A stretch of DNA of 64,000 nucleotides from an uncultured Planctomycetota bacterium (GCA_963849325.1 CAWKHF010000006.1:1-64000); one strand, 5' to 3'; shown: positions 13,691 through 26,540, numbered from the stretch's first letter. Notes: generated from the sequence alone by a model not told the origin. Numbers and translations are program-made.

Positions 13691-16377
13691 ATGCGATCCG
13701 CCGTCTGCGTCCTCGCCGGACTCTTCCTGTCCGCATGTCCCCTGACGGCCGCGAAGCCGACGGCCTGGACCATTGACGACGTGGTCCTCACCGAGTCCAT
13801 TCGTGACATCCAGGTGTCACCGGACGGACGCTGGGCCGTCTGGCTCCATCACGCCCCGGACAAGGACAAGGGCGAGGAGGTCGCCAACCTCGTGCGCCTG
13901 GACCTGGCCGACGGCCGCGAAACGGTCCTGACGCGAGGCGCCGAGAACTGTCTGCGGCCGCGCTGGTCGCCCGATGGCCGACGCCTCGCCTTCCTCCGCA
14001 CGCGCGCGGACGACGAGAAATCCCAGCTCTGGCTGCTGGACTCCACGGGCGGCGAACCGTGGCCGTTGACCGACTGGTCGCCCGGCGTCCTCCTCTATGA
14101 CTGGGCCGGGCCGGACGCCCTCGTCTTCGCCGCCCCGGAAGAGGCGACCTTGCGGGCCACCACCTTGAAGGAGGACAAGGACGACTCCGTCGTCGTCGAG
14201 GACGATCGGAACGAGCCGCCTGTCCGGCTGTTCCGCGTCGAGATGGGGTCCAAGAAGGTGACGCGCCTGAGCGACAACGGCGATCGCATCGAAAAGCTGG
14301 CCGTCTCACCCGACGGCCGGCACGCCGTCGCCATCCACAACCGCAGCCTGCGCTACGTCTACGACAACAAGATCAAGCCGGCGGTCTTCCTGTACGAGCT
14401 GGCCACGGGTCGCCGACGTCCGGTCTTCCGCGCGCCGCACTGGAACATTCAGCACGTCCGCTGGGCGCCCGATAGCAAGGGTTTCTACGCCGCCAACTGG
14501 CACAACAGCCGGCCGCAGCTCGCGCAGACCGGCATCCTCCGCCTGCACTATTTCGACCTGGCCCGCGCCGCTTCCACGCCCATCGACCTCGGCTGGGACC
14601 GAGGGTTGGGCGAGCAGGATGTCAATGACGAGGCGCTGGGTTTCGCCGTCACGCGCGACGGCTTCTTCGCCCTGCTGGCCGACGGCGTTCGCAACAAGCT
14701 CGCTCGCTATCGGCGCAGCGCCGACGGCTGGCAACGCGAGTGGCTGACCGGCGAACACGCCGCCAACGTCTTCGGTCTCCAGACCGGCGCCGACGGCCGA
14801 ACGCTGTTCTACGCCTACTCGACGGCCAGCACGCCGACGCAGTGGTATCGCGCCGAACTGGACGGCACGCACCTCGGCAAACCACGGTCGTTCGCCGTCC
14901 TCAACGAGCACCTGCGTCGGCTACCGCGCGCCGCACCGAGGTTGTCCGCTGGAAGGGAGCGCGCGGCGACGAGGTGGAAGGCATCCTCTATTATCCGCAC
15001 CGTTACCAGCCGAACCGGAAGTATCCGCTCGCGGTCATGATCCACGGCGGACCTGCCGGCGCCGACTTCGACGACTGGGACGATTGGTGGATGTATCCCG
15101 CCAACCTCGTCTGCCAGCGCGGCGCCTTCGTCCTCAAGCCGAACTATCACGGCAGCTCCAACTACGGCCTGGCATGGCTCGAATCGATTACGCGCGGACA
15201 TTACGGCGATCTGGAAACAATCGACATCGAAAAAGGCGTCGATCATCTGATCGCTCGCGGCCTGGTCGATCCGGCGCGGCTGGCCCTGTGCGGCTGGTCC
15301 AACGGCGCCATCCTGGCCAACCGTCTGACGGTAGAGACGACGCGCTACCGGGCGGCGGTCGCCGGCGCGGGCAACGTCGAGTACGTCAGCGATTGGGCCG
15401 CCTGCGAGTTCGGCGACGCCTTCGACCGCTTTTACCTCGGCGCCTCGCCGCTGGACGACCCGCTGCGCTACCTCGTCAAGTCGCCGTTCTTTCGCCTCGA
15501 CCGCGTGCGGACGCCGACGCTGATTCTCTTCGGCGACGACGATCGCACGGTGCCGGTCCACCAGGGCTGGGTGCAGTACCGCGCCTTGCAGCAACTCGGT
15601 AAGACCGACGTGCGCTTCGTGCTTTTCCCCGGCGAGAAGCACATCCTCAAGAAGCTGCCCCACCAGCGCCGCAAGGTGAAGGAAGAGCTGGCCTGGCTGG
15701 ACCGCTATCTGTTCGGCACGGCCACGGAGACAAACTCCTCCGTCAAGGAGGATTCGCCGTTGGCCCGAGCGTTGCGGCGCCGGGAGGCGCGCCGCGAGTC
15801 CGGCCGCTATGGCCTGCTGGTCAAGGGCCAACTCGTTCCCGAGACCGTGAAGCACGGCGAGCTGCAGGTCGGACGTTTCGAGGTCACGCGGGCGCAGTTC
15901 GCTCAGTTCGACAAGACCTACTCGGTCGCCGCGGGCCGAGAAAACGATCCGGCCGGCGGCATCACCTTCGAGCAAGCGAAGGATTACTGCACCTGGCTGA
16001 GCAAGCGAACCGGACATACCTACCGCCTGCCGAATGAAGACGAGGCGGAGGAACTGTATGATGGCACCGAGGGGGAGGAGAACACGCTGGATCACTGGGC
16101 CGGCTACAAGGTCAACCCGGACGATGCCGCCCGGCTGCGCGAGAAGCTGAAAGAGTTGGGGGGCGGAGCGCCGCTGTTGAAAGAGGTGGGCAGCTTTCGC
16201 GCCGCCGGCACGGAGGCGGCCGTGTTCGACCTCGGCGGCAACGTCGCCGAGTGGGTGACGACCAAGGACGGCAAGGGCGTCCTCCGCGGCGGCAGTGCCG
16301 ATACACCGGCGGATGCGAAAGCGAAGGGGACCGAGGCGGGACCGGCGTATCGTGGGTTTCGCGTGATCCGGAAATGA
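13691..16377 (+). CDS. S9 family peptidase (beta-propeller plus catalytic domain) fused to C-terminal FGE-sulfatase-like domain (frameshift near 14930)
   Basis: SPDG propeller repeats, IHGGP, GWSNG nucleophile, D..VP and EKH; C-terminal FEVT..QF, YRLP, FDLGGNVAEW, RGGS and GFRV. Confidence 0.88.
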
Positions 16378-16540
16378 GAAGAGGATTCACGAGAAACCTA
16401 TCCCGCTGTTTCCCGTTACCTAATTCTTTACCTAATTTATTCGATATTACCTAATTCAAGATTCAAGCGGCTCCGGGAAGCGGCGCAGCGTCCTCATCGT
16501 TGACTGGCTCCTCGGGCCGCCCCGAGCACCTTCTTTCAAC

Positions 16541-16987
16541 CTATCCGCTCTGTCCCTCGCCCTGCACCTGCAAGCCGAAACCTTCGAGATCGATGTCCTC
16601 GCCCTTGTCCGGCTCGCCAGGTCCGCCGCGCTCCAGGCTGACGCGGAGAAATCCCCACAGGCTGACCGGCTCGCCGGTGTGGTCGTAGCCGTCGGCGTCG
16701 GTGTCGCCCTCCAGCAGCCAGCGCCACGAGCGCCGCTCGCTGCCGGGGTCGGCCTCTTCCTGCCAGCCCTTGAGCACCCGCGCCACCGCTTGCAGGGCCG
16801 CACGGCACGTCTTGGGATCGCCGACGTGCAGGCGCAGTTCGTCCGGTCCCGCCTCGGCCACGACGCGCGGCAGGGTGCGAATGGCATCAAACAGGCGATG
16901 TTCCAGGGCCGCCGCTCGCCAGGGCGACCATAGGTAGAAGGTAACCCGGGGCGTCTCGAAGAGCAGGCCGTAGAACTCGACGCGCAT
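16541..16987 (-). CDS. Hypothetical protein
   Basis: Intact ORF MRVEFYGLLFETP... with protein-like composition. Confidence 0.65.
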   Translation of the reverse strand: MRVEFYGLLFETPRVTFYLWSPWRAAALEHRLFDAIRTLPRVVAEAGPDELRLHVGDPKTCRAALQAVARVLKGWQEEADPGSERRSWRWLLEGDTDADGYDHTGEPVSLWGFLRVSLERGGPGEPDKGEDIDLEGFGLQVQGEGQSG

Positions 16988-17056
16988 GGCTCGTGACTCC
17001 AACAAGGCCGCCCGGAGACAGTTTCCTCGCAACAGCCGCCGCGTTCGGCCGGAAGG

Positions 17057-18187
17057 TCAGCGGGCCGTACACGATTCGCTCGAAGGGTGGACGCCCGCCG
17101 CGCCGTTGCACGACGCGGCCACGACTCCGTTCGCTTGCCCCGGCCCCGGCTCGGCGGGAAGAGGGGCTGGCAGACTGGTCCGCATCCGCAGATAGACGAG
17201 ATAGCCAAGCAGGCCCCACAGCCAGTCCAGGACGCGCTTCACGAGGGAGCCGAGGGCGCCGTTGACCTCGCTGCCGCCGAAGACCTGGTACAGCTTGCTG
17301 AAGCTCCACTCGCCACCGCCGACGCCGCCCGGCGTCGGCACCAGCGCCTGCACGACCACGCCGATCGGCACCAGCAGGAAATGCTCGGCCAGCGGTGGGA
17401 TCGGCCCCAGCTCGGGACTCCACAGGGCGTTGGCGCACAACCAGAAGACGAAGACGAGACCAACGTGGCCGACCCACGACACGACGAACACGGCGGCCAC
17501 CATCGCCTGGCGACAGCGGTACATCCAGACGGCGCGCCAGAACTCGGCGGCCGAGCCGCCGACGCGCGGCAATCGTTCCAGCCGGCCGGCGAAGTGCTCG
17601 GCCCGCTCCGGCGGCAACAGACCCAGCAGCAGCCATCCCACCACCGAGACGACGACGGCGACCGCCGCGCCGACGATGACGCCCTTGGAGCGCTCGGCCA
17701 CCTGCTCGTCGAGCTGTCCCGTCGCCCAGAAGACGCCGCCCATGATCGCCACGAACCAGATCAGCGCCCACAGGGCGATGAGGCGATCCATGATGACCGT
17801 GGCCACCGCCACCGTTCGCCGGCTGTGTTCGCGGGCCAGCACCGCCGCCTTGATGATGTCGCCGCCGACCGCGCCGGGCAGGAAGGCGTTGAAGAACAGG
17901 CCGACCATCCCCAGCCGCATCGCGTCGGCCACGCGGAACGGCAGTTCGACCGCCCGCACCAGCAGATACCAGCGGAAGAACGTCAGCAGAAGCACGGCCA
18001 GGTAGATCAACGCCGCCGCCAGCAGGTAGCCGCCGTGGATCGGCTTGCCCTCGACGAGGTGCGTCTGCCAGACGTAGCCGAGACCCTTGCCGTGCTCGGG
18101 CGCCCAGTTGCTGGAGATCACCCAGGCGAGCAAGCCAATGGCCAGCAGATACTTGCCCAGGTTGAGAACGGTTTGTTTACTCACCAT
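17057..18187 (-). CDS. Lysylphosphatidylglycerol synthase TM / flippase-like (UPF0104) membrane protein
   Basis: FRWYLLV, FFNAFLPGAVGGD, DRLIAL and PTPGGVG motifs; multiple TM helices. Confidence 0.88.
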   Translation of the reverse strand: MVSKQTVLNLGKYLLAIGLLAWVISSNWAPEHGKGLGYVWQTHLVEGKPIHGGYLLAAALIYLAVLLLTFFRWYLLVRAVELPFRVADAMRLGMVGLFFNAFLPGAVGGDIIKAAVLAREHSRRTVAVATVIMDRLIALWALIWFVAIMGGVFWATGQLDEQVAERSKGVIVGAAVAVVVSVVGWLLLGLLPPERAEHFAGRLERLPRVGGSAAEFWRAVWMYRCRQAMVAAVFVVSWVGHVGLVFVFWLCANALWSPELGPIPPLAEHFLLVPIGVVVQALVPTPGGVGGGEWSFSKLYQVFGGSEVNGALGSLVKRVLDWLWGLLGYLVYLRMRTSLPAPLPAEPGPGQANGVVAASCNGAAGVHPSSESCTAR

Positions 18188-18295
18188 GCCTTCCTGTCCG
18201 TGGCTTGCGCGTGATGGCCCCGTCGCCGCGGTTCATTGTCCCGAGGGGGGGGAGTGCTGTCCAGCGGAGATTTCGCCGCCAAGCCGCGGCCCCGA

Positions 18296-18324
18296 TTGAC
18301 AGGGTGAGCGGTCTCCGCTAGGTT
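18296..18324 (+). promoter_or_regulatory. Sigma70-type promoter of tRNA-Ala
   Basis: TTGACA-17 bp-TAGGTT about 20 bp upstream of the tRNA. Confidence 0.65.
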
Positions 18325-18345
18325 ATCTCTGGTTGAGACCGATTT

Positions 18346-18836
<491 letters not shown>

Positions 18837-18875
18837 GGTGATCTCCTCCCCTCGAATCAAGAAGGAACCCCGATC

Positions 18876-20354
18876 ATGACCTCGTTTCGGTATGGGAAAC
18901 GGAGCGTTCTCGTCCTCGCGGCGCTACTGTCTCTCGCGGCCGACCTTCGCGCGGCGGAGGAGCCGAAGCCGGCCAGGCCCAATTTCATCTTCATCAACAT
19001 CGACGACCTCGGCTACGCCGACATCGGGCCGTTCGGCTCGAAGATCAACCGCACGCCGAACCTCGACCGCATGGCGAAGGAAGGGCGGAAGCTGACCTCG
19101 TTCTACGCGGCCCCGGTCTGCTCTCCCTCGCGGGCCGCGCTCATGACCGGCTGCTATCCCAAGCGCGTACTCCCCATTCCCGGCGTGCTCTTCCCGGCCA
19201 ATGCCGTGGGGCTGTCGCCGAATGAAGTGACGGTCGCCGAGATCCTCAAGGCCGAGGGTTATGCCACCGCCATTGTCGGCAAATGGCACCTCGGCGACCA
19301 GCCGGCGTTCTTGCCGAACCAGCAAGGGTTCGACCTGCACTTCGGTCTGCCCTACTCCAACGACATGGGCCCGGCCGAAGACGGAGTGAAAAGCGACCTG
19401 GGCCGGCCGCTGCCCAAGCCCAAAGGTCCGGGGCAACCGCCGTTGCCGCTGCTCCGCAACGGCACCGTGGTCAAGCGCGTACGGCCCGACGATCAACAAG
19501 CCCTCGTCGAACTGTACACGCGGGAGGCGCTGGAATTCCTCACGGCGAACAAGTCCCGGCCGTTCTTCCTCTACCTCGCTCACAACGCCGTCCACTTCCC
19601 GATCTACCCCGGCAAGAAGTGGGCCGGGAAATCGCCGCATGGTATCTTCTCGGACTGGGTGGAGGAGGTGGACGCCAGCGTCGGCCAGATCCTCGACGCT
19701 GTTCGCAAGGAGGGTCTCGCCGACCGGACCCTGGTGATTTTCACCAGCGATAACGGCGGAACGCCCCGGAGCATCAACACCCCGCTCCGCGGCCACAAGG
19801 GGAGCACGTGGGAAGGCGGTGTGCGCGTGCCCACCATCGCCTGGTGGCCGGGGAAGGTTCCCGCCGGCAGCGAAAGCGACGCCATTCTGGCGATGTTCGA
19901 CATTCTGCCCACGTTCGCCGCACTGGCGGGCGGCAACGTACCGATGGATCGCAAGATCGATGGCGTGAATGCCTGGCCGCACCTGGCGGGAGTTCCGAAC
20001 GCCAAGCCCGCGCACGAGACCTTCTATTACTATCGCGGACTCCGATTGGAAGCCGTCCGCCACGGCGACTGGAAATTGCACATCGTCAACTCGGCCGGGA
20101 AGGCGAATGCCAAAGCCCCGCCCGTGCAGGCCAGGCTCTACAACCTCCAGACCGACATCGGAGAATCCAGGGACGTTGCCGCCGCGAATCCCGAAGTCGT
20201 ACGGCAACTGCAAGGACTGGTCGCGGCCATGAAAGACGATCTCGGCCTTGACGGCATGGGCCGCGGTTGCCGCGAACTCGGCCGCGTCAAGGACGCGGCC
20301 CCGCTGATCGACAAGGACGGCAAGGTGCGGCCTGGCTTTGAACCCCGGAAGTGA
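18876..20354 (+). CDS. Sulfatase (arylsulfatase A-like)
   Basis: PNFIFINIDDLGY, CSPSR formylglycine motif, GKWHLG, FTSDNG and EGGVRVP. Confidence 0.95.
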   Translation: MTSFRYGKRSVLVLAALLSLAADLRAAEEPKPARPNFIFINIDDLGYADIGPFGSKINRTPNLDRMAKEGRKLTSFYAAPVCSPSRAALMTGCYPKRVLPIPGVLFPANAVGLSPNEVTVAEILKAEGYATAIVGKWHLGDQPAFLPNQQGFDLHFGLPYSNDMGPAEDGVKSDLGRPLPKPKGPGQPPLPLLRNGTVVKRVRPDDQQALVELYTREALEFLTANKSRPFFLYLAHNAVHFPIYPGKKWAGKSPHGIFSDWVEEVDASVGQILDAVRKEGLADRTLVIFTSDNGGTPRSINTPLRGHKGSTWEGGVRVPTIAWWPGKVPAGSESDAILAMFDILPTFAALAGGNVPMDRKIDGVNAWPHLAGVPNAKPAHETFYYYRGLRLEAVRHGDWKLHIVNSAGKANAKAPPVQARLYNLQTDIGESRDVAAANPEVVRQLQGLVAAMKDDLGLDGMGRGCRELGRVKDAAPLIDKDGKVRPGFEPRK

Positions 20355-20423
20355 CCCATGCGGACGCCCTCCGCCGCGCGGCCAATCTCTTTCCAAAAAA
20401 CTACTCCGGCAAGAAAGATACTT

Positions 20424-20516
20424 AACCACGGATAACACGGATAACACGGATGGGAAAATACCGATCATGAATGCGACGCTGTTTCTCTGCTTTCCTTATC
20501 CGTGTTATCCGTGGTT
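20424..20516. repeat. Nonamer tandem (ACACGGATA)n with inverted copy
   Basis: aaccacggataacacggataacacggat ... atccgtgttatccgtggtt. Confidence 0.85.
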
Positions 20517-20616
20517 CACTTGGTGCTGGTCTTTCGTGCCGGAGTAATAAGTGCGCACTTGGGGTCGCCGGCGCGCACTATAAAGGCGGGAAAACAACCC
20601 GAGGGAGAACGCGATC

Positions 20617-23600
20617 ATGGCGACCCCATCCCTGGCCGCCGTTTGGCGACAGGTGTACGGCCTGGCGGCGCGGCAGCGGAACCAGTCGGCGCCCGACCGT
20701 CAACTGCTGGAACGCTTCCTCGCCCAGCGCGACGAGGAGGCCTTCGCGGCCTTGGTGCGGCGGCACGGCGGCATGGTCCTGAGCGTGGCCCGCCGCATCC
20801 TGCACGATGACCACGCCGCCGAGGATGTCTTTCAGAACACGTTCCTGACGCTGGTCCGTCGCGCCGGCTCCATCCGCCAGCGCGAATCCGTCGCCGGCTG
20901 GCTGTACCGCGTGGCGGCGCGGCTGTCCTCGCAGACCCGGCTGCGCGACGCGCGGCGGTCGGCGCACGAGCGCGAGGCCGGTCCTCCTCCGGCGACGGCG
21001 GATGTGGCGGAGGCGGCGGCCTGGCGCGAGTTGAGTGCCGTGCTCGATGACGAGCTGCAGCGTTTGCCGGAGAAATATCGGACGCCGTTGGTGCTGATTT
21101 ACTTCGCCGGACAGACGCAAGAGGCCGCGGCGTCCCAGCTGGGTTGGAGCAAGGATACGCTGCGGCGCCGGCTGGAGCGCGGCAAACGTTTGCTGCACGA
21201 TCGTTTATCGCGTCGCGGCATGTCGCTGTCGGTCGGCCTGTTGACCGCAAGCATTTCCCAAAGTGTCACCGAAGCGGCGTTGCCTGTTTTGCTCGTCGGG
21301 ACGACGGTGCGAGAGGCGATGCGGACGGCCCTGCAGGCTCCGGCTGTGTGGTTCGCCGGGGCGAAGCTAACGCTGGCGGTGGGATTGTTGGTTGCCGGGG
21401 CAGGTGTGGTCGCTCTCACGACCGGCAAGCGACCGGAGACGGAGCGCGAGCCGGACGCGGCCCCGCCGGCGCAGGCGGCGAAGCAACCGCGCGTCGATCG
21501 CTTCGGCGATCCCCTGCCCGACGGCGCCCTCGCCCGGCTGGGGACCATGCGCTTTCGACATGGCCGAGGAACGACCCTGGCCTTCGCTCCGGATGGAAAA
21601 TCCATCCTGAGTTGCGGCGCCGACCGGACCCTTCGCACCTGGGAACTTGCCACGGGTCGCTTGCTCCGCGAGCAGAGAGTCCCCTCGAAACCTACCATTT
21701 CCGCATTCGTCCTATCACCCGATGGTCGGCTGCTTGCTTACCAGGACGCCACGGAAGGCAGCTTCTGCCTTTGGGACATCGCAGGCAACCAACTCCGGCG
21801 CTTTCCGTGGCTCCTCAAGGACGAGGGATGGCAAACCGGCGCCTTCAGCCCAGATAGCAAGGTCTTCGCGGCGTCTTCCTACAAAGGCTCCTTACGCGCC
21901 TGGGATGTGGCTACCGGAAAAGGTCGTAGCCTGGGCAAGAACGACAATGCGATTCTGTCGTTCACCGCGGATAGCAAGCTGCTCCTGACGCAGGGCGACC
22001 GTGGCATCGACTTCTGGGATCTAGCCGCCGGCCGACAGCAGTCGCACCTGGGATTTTCCCACAGGTTCCTGGGAGCGGACGTTTCGCCAGATGGCCACAT
22101 CGTGGCCGCTTGGAATTATCGGAATCCGGACCAGGATCAGGGGCTGCGCTTTCTGGACGCCGCCACCGGCAAACCCGCCAAGGCTTGGATTGCTCCCCGT
22201 CTGAAACAGATCCATGTGGCACGGTTCACGCCCGACGGCAAAACGATTGTCATCGCCACGGAGGACGAGATCTTGGTCTGGGATCCGGTTGCCGGGAAGC
22301 GCATCCGCACGCTTCCGGGCAAGGCGAAAGCCCATTTCACCTTCTCCCCCGACGGCAAAACCCTGGCAGCGTTAGGTTCGGGGCTTGTCTTCGATCCGCA
22401 CGGATTCTGTACTGCGTACCTGGAATGTGGAGACCGGCATCCCTCACGCCGTCACGGTGGCGGAAGCCGGCCACCTAGGCGAAGTGAGCAGCGTCGCCTT
22501 CGCGCCGGACGGCCGGACGGTTGCTTCCGCCTGCCAGGACGACGGCAGCGTGCGTCTATGGGACGCCGCCACCGGACGCCTGCTGCGATTGCTCCCCATC
22601 AAGGAGCGCCTGTCTACTCAGAACCAAGACCTGGCATTCACCCCGGATGGCAAGGATCTCCTCGCGGGGACGAGTCCCACGGTCATTCGTTGGGAAGTGG
22701 CCAGCGGTCGGGAAGTCGGCCGCTATCCTCTCTTCGAGGAGGGCAAGGAGGATCCTCAGCATTTACTCCTCCTGCAATTGACCGAGGACGGCCGCACGCT
22801 CCTCGCCGTCAGCCAAAACTTGGGGCAACCGAGAATGCCCGCAGCGGGAACGGGCTCTAACTCCGGTGTCTATGGCCTGCATGCCTGGGACATGAAAACA
22901 GGCAAACGAGTACGTTTCCTCGCGTTCACCCCGAAAGATGATCATCTGACAGCCTATGGCCGTTTCTCTCCCGATGGCCGATGGCTCGCGCTGCCCGGTG
23001 GAGGTATCTTCGACGCGGCCACAGGCAAGCAAGTGCTTCACCTCTCCGCCGACAGCAAAAAGCAGCTGGACATGCCGGTTGCCTTTTCGGCGGACGGCGC
23101 CCTGATTGCGATGGGGGTCACGGATAAGGCCCGTCGCGCCGATTACAAAGGAAAGGATATGGTCGCTGTTCAAGTTTGGGAGACGGCGACATGGCTGCCC
23201 GTGGCGCGGTTGGAGAGCGGCGAAGCGGCCCACCTCGCTTTCACGCCGGATGGCCGCCGCCTCCTTACCGCCGGCCTCGACGCCTTGAAACTGTGGGATC
23301 TCGCCTCGGGCCGAGTGATGGCTCGCCGACCTGCTCCCAGCTTGTTTCGCGGCTCCTACGGCCCCTCTTTCGCCAGTTGTCTTGCCCTGGCTCCGGACGG
23401 CCGCACCGTGGCGACCGGACAACACGACACCGTTATCCTTTTGTGGGATCTGTCGCCGCCGAGGGCCGATCGTCCACCTCCTTCGCTGACGGCGGCGCAG
23501 CGGGAAGCATACTGGAAGGATCTCGCTGGAACCGATGCCGGTCGCGCTTTTGCGGCCATCGTGCATCTGGCCGATGCGCCGGCGCAGGCGGTGGAGTTGC

Positions 23601-23990
23601 TGCGCGGCCGGTTGCAACCGGCGAAGGCCGTGCCTGCGGAAGAGCTGCGCCGCTTGCTCGCCGACCTGGACCACGAGCAGTTCCAGCGCCGCGAGTCCGC
23701 CACTCATCGTTTGAGCGAGTTGGGCGAATTGGCCGACTCCGCCTTGCGGGAGGCGTTGCAAGGCAAGCCATCGCTGGAAGTACGCCGGCGCATCGAGGGC
23801 TTGTTGGCCGAGCCGCGCCGGCTGCCAACAGCGAAGGAGCGCCGACATCTCCGTGCCATCCGCGTGCTGGAATCCATCGCCACGCCGGAGGCCCGCCGCG
23901 TGCTGGAGACGCTGGCGCAAGGGGCCGAAGCTGCTCCGCTTGACGCGCGAAGCGAAGGCGGCCCTGGCGCGATTGGCTCGTCGGCCCTGA
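20617..23990 (+). CDS. ECF RNA polymerase sigma factor fused to WD40 repeats and a C-terminal HEAT-like domain (frameshifts near 22405 and 23940)
   Basis: DRQLLERF...AFAALVRRHG..V..AEDVFQ, LDDELQRLPEKYR, RVDRFGDPLPDGALARLGT, many SPDG repeats and LRAIRVLESI. Confidence 0.88.
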
Positions 23991-23996
23991 AGGCCG

Positions 23997-24300
23997 TCAT
24001 GGCTCCGAGGACGGAGCGGCGACGTCTGGGACTGCGGAAGCGCACCGCGCGATGCCGTGTATTTCTTTCGTGCCGTTTGGCCCGCCAAGCAGGCGGCTCG
24101 GGCACTCGGAACAGCGGCAATGAAAGTACGGCCCGCCGGCCCATGCGGGCGACCAGCGGCGTCCGGCAGCACGGACAGCGCGCTTCCCCGAGGGTCTCGC
24201 TCGGATCGAGACGGCGCGTTTCGTCCGGTGCGCGCTCCGCGGCGGGGTTGCTGGCCAGAAGGACGTCAGGGGAGAGATGGCAACGGTAGGAATGATGCAT
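23997..24300 (-). CDS. Small zinc-ribbon hypothetical protein (frameshifted), distal end of phage-like cluster
   Basis: RCPCCRTPLVARM.., then FHCRC in the shifted frame. Confidence 0.45.
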
Positions 24301-24318
24301 GGGGAACTCCGGGATGGG

Positions 24319-24537
24319 TCAGGCGGCGGAGGGTCCGTCGGGGAACAGGGGGAGGCGCTGCTCGGCGCGCTCGGTGAGGCGGCGCAGGTGGGCCTCCCAT
24401 TCGGGCGTCCAGCCGCGGCGGCGCAGGTACAGCACGCGGATGCCCTTGACGGCGTGGCAGGCGGGGCAGAGATCCCGACCCGTGATGGGCGGTCTCTGCT
24501 CGCAATGAATGCAAACAGGATCGTTAAAGGGCGTCAT
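24319..24537 (-). CDS. Small zinc-finger hypothetical protein
   Basis: CIHC...CPAC followed by YLRRRGWTPEWE. Confidence 0.55.
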   Translation of the reverse strand: MTPFNDPVCIHCEQRPPITGRDLCPACHAVKGIRVLYLRRRGWTPEWEAHLRRLTERAEQRLPLFPDGPSAA

Positions 24538-24566
24538 GGGGAGGCGGCTAGGGCTGGGAGGCGGGG

Positions 24567-24782
24567 TCAGTTCTGTTCGTGGAGGCGTTTCTGGATCTGC
24601 TGGGCTTCGGGGACGAGGTTGCCCAGGGCGGTCAGCAGGGCGCGGGCGTCGCCGAGGGTCAGGGCGAAGCCGCGCGTCGAACTGCCGCCGGCGTGCTCCA
24701 GAAAGAGGATGACGTGTTCGACGCCGTCCAGCACGCCATCGGTGAGGGCGACAAACTGCATGGGGAAGGCTTCGAGGTGCAT
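24567..24782 (-). CDS. Hypothetical protein (start may lie upstream near 24857)
   Basis: Protein-like ORF in an operon-like arrangement. Confidence 0.45.
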   Translation of the reverse strand: MHLEAFPMQFVALTDGVLDGVEHVILFLEHAGGSSTRGFALTLGDARALLTALGNLVPEAQQIQKRLHEQN

Positions 24783-24939
24783 GAGAATCTCCTGGGCGGC
24801 GCGGTTCGGGGAGACCGGACGCGAATAGGTTGGGAAGAAGAGGGTCAGGCCGGGACATTGCTATTGTTCGCCGGCGAAACGAGACAATCAAGGGGTTGTT
24901 GATGTGTCAATTCGTGCCAGCGAGTGCCATTTTTCGGAA

Positions 24940-25423
24940 TCATCGCGGCGGGGTCGGTTCGGGCGGCCCGGCGAGCCAGGCGGCGAGGGCGGCGCGAGCC
25001 TCGGGGAACTCCGTCAGAGGCGGTCCACGCAGCGGCCGAAGAGGTGCAGCACTTCGGTCAGGATCTGCTCGCGGTCCACCGGCCTTCGTGGAGGCGGTGC
25101 GCGGCTTGCCGGGACCGGCCCAGCCGGGATTGTCGGCGCTGTCCTTGCCCGGACCCGCCTTGAGCCAGTCGAGCGGTTTGTCGGTCAGGGCGGTCAGCTC
25201 GGCGCGCAGCCGTGCCTGCGCCTGCGCCTCCATCACGGCCCGCGCGAACTCGCGGTAAGCCGGCGGCGCGTCCGGGCGTTGGCCGCGCTCCAGCCAGCGC
25301 GCGAACACGTCGCGCGGCAGACCGGCCGCCTCCGCCGCGACGTGAGGAAAGCCGCCGGCGCGGACGTAGGCGACGATCTGCTCCTGCAGGGCTGGCCGTC
25401 AGGCGATAGCGAGAGCGGGCCAT
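24940..25423 (-). CDS. Putative terminase small subunit-like HTH protein (frameshift near 25390)
   Basis: LT..LQEQIVAYVRAGGFPHVAAEAAGLPRDVFARWLERG...YREFARAVMEAQAQAR resembles phage TerS HTH plus coiled coil. Confidence 0.55.
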
Positions 25424-25432
25424 GCGGGCGAC

Positions 25433-26540
25433 TCACGAAGACAGCAGCAGGCGAGCCAGGCGACGCGGCAAGGCGGGACCGACGTACTCGAAGCCGGCCG
25501 TCAGGCGCGTCGTGGCGTGCCGGAGTTTCTTCAAGCGGCGTTCGCGGCCGGTCGCCAGCGACGGCGGCCGGTGCATGCGCCAGTGCGGCGACTTCTGGCG
25601 GGCGCGCATCATCGCCGGGTGCGTCGTCGTCGAGACGGCGCGGTAGCCCAGTGCCTTCCACATCGAGGCGACGACGGCCGACAGAGCGTTGCCGATGCCG
25701 ACGCCCTGAAAGTCCGGGAAGCGTGACGGTGCGGTGTTCGCGCCGCGTCGGCGGGCCGGCGCCGACGAACGGCAGCCAGGCGCTGAAGGCGACCGGCCGC
25801 TCGTTCCAGGTGGCGAGGAAACAGACGGCGCCGGGGTTGAGCTTGTGGCTCAGATAGTGGTGCGCAGCGAATAGCCGCCACGTCGATGTCCGGCAGCGAA
25901 CGATGTCGAGAGTGATGGTCGGTCGGCGTCGAAGACACCTCCAGGTGAAGGCGTTCTCGGCCGGCCGATACACCCAGTCCGGTTGCAGCCACGCCTCCAC
26001 GTCGTCATGGCAGGTCACGGCGATGAAGCGCTGGCCGCGTCCGCGGATGACCTTCGCCAGGGCCGCCGAGCCGATCTGCGCCACGGTGCGATCGACGACG
26101 CTGGTGTACTCGTCCATGACGGCCAGCTCCGGCGCCTCGGCGAGGAGACGGGCGAGCGTGACGCGGAACTGCTGGCCGGTCGAGAGGACGTGGAACGGCC
26201 GCAGCCACGCCGGCGGCGACGAGAAGCCGACCGCCGACAGCAGCGCCGTCACGTCCTTGATCGACAGCGCCGCGGGAAAGCCGTCCAGCAGCGCGGCGTC
26301 GCGCGGCCAGGAAAAATCGCGGTGGACGTGACGGGGCCAGAAGTGCCGCGCGATGGTGCTCTTGCCGCAACCCGACGGACCCGCGATCAGACCGATGTTC
26401 CACGGCCGCTCGTCGAGGGGCAGCGAAACCGTCCACTGCACGCGCGAGGTTTGCTCGATGGCGAGATCGAACATGCCGCATACCTGAGCGACGCGCGGCG
26501 AGAGGGCGATAGGCGATTCGACGGTGATGGTAGCGTGCAT
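25433..26540 (-). CDS. ABC-type ATPase fused to GNAT-like acetyltransferase (frameshift near 25720)
   Basis: Walker A GPSGCGKS, signature LSTGQQFR, Walker B MDEYTSVVDR and VTCH; then HHYLS, RTVTLPDFQGVGIG (acetyl-CoA motif across the frameshift) and TTHP. Confidence 0.85.

Noticed and set aside
15800-16377. FGE/C-type lectin domain as a diversity-generating retroelement target
   Set aside because: No reverse transcriptase or template repeat is visible in the window.
20617-23990. Sigma factor-WD40 fusion as a novelty
   Set aside because: ECF sigma factors with long C-terminal WD40 extensions are a known, abundant feature of planctomycetes.
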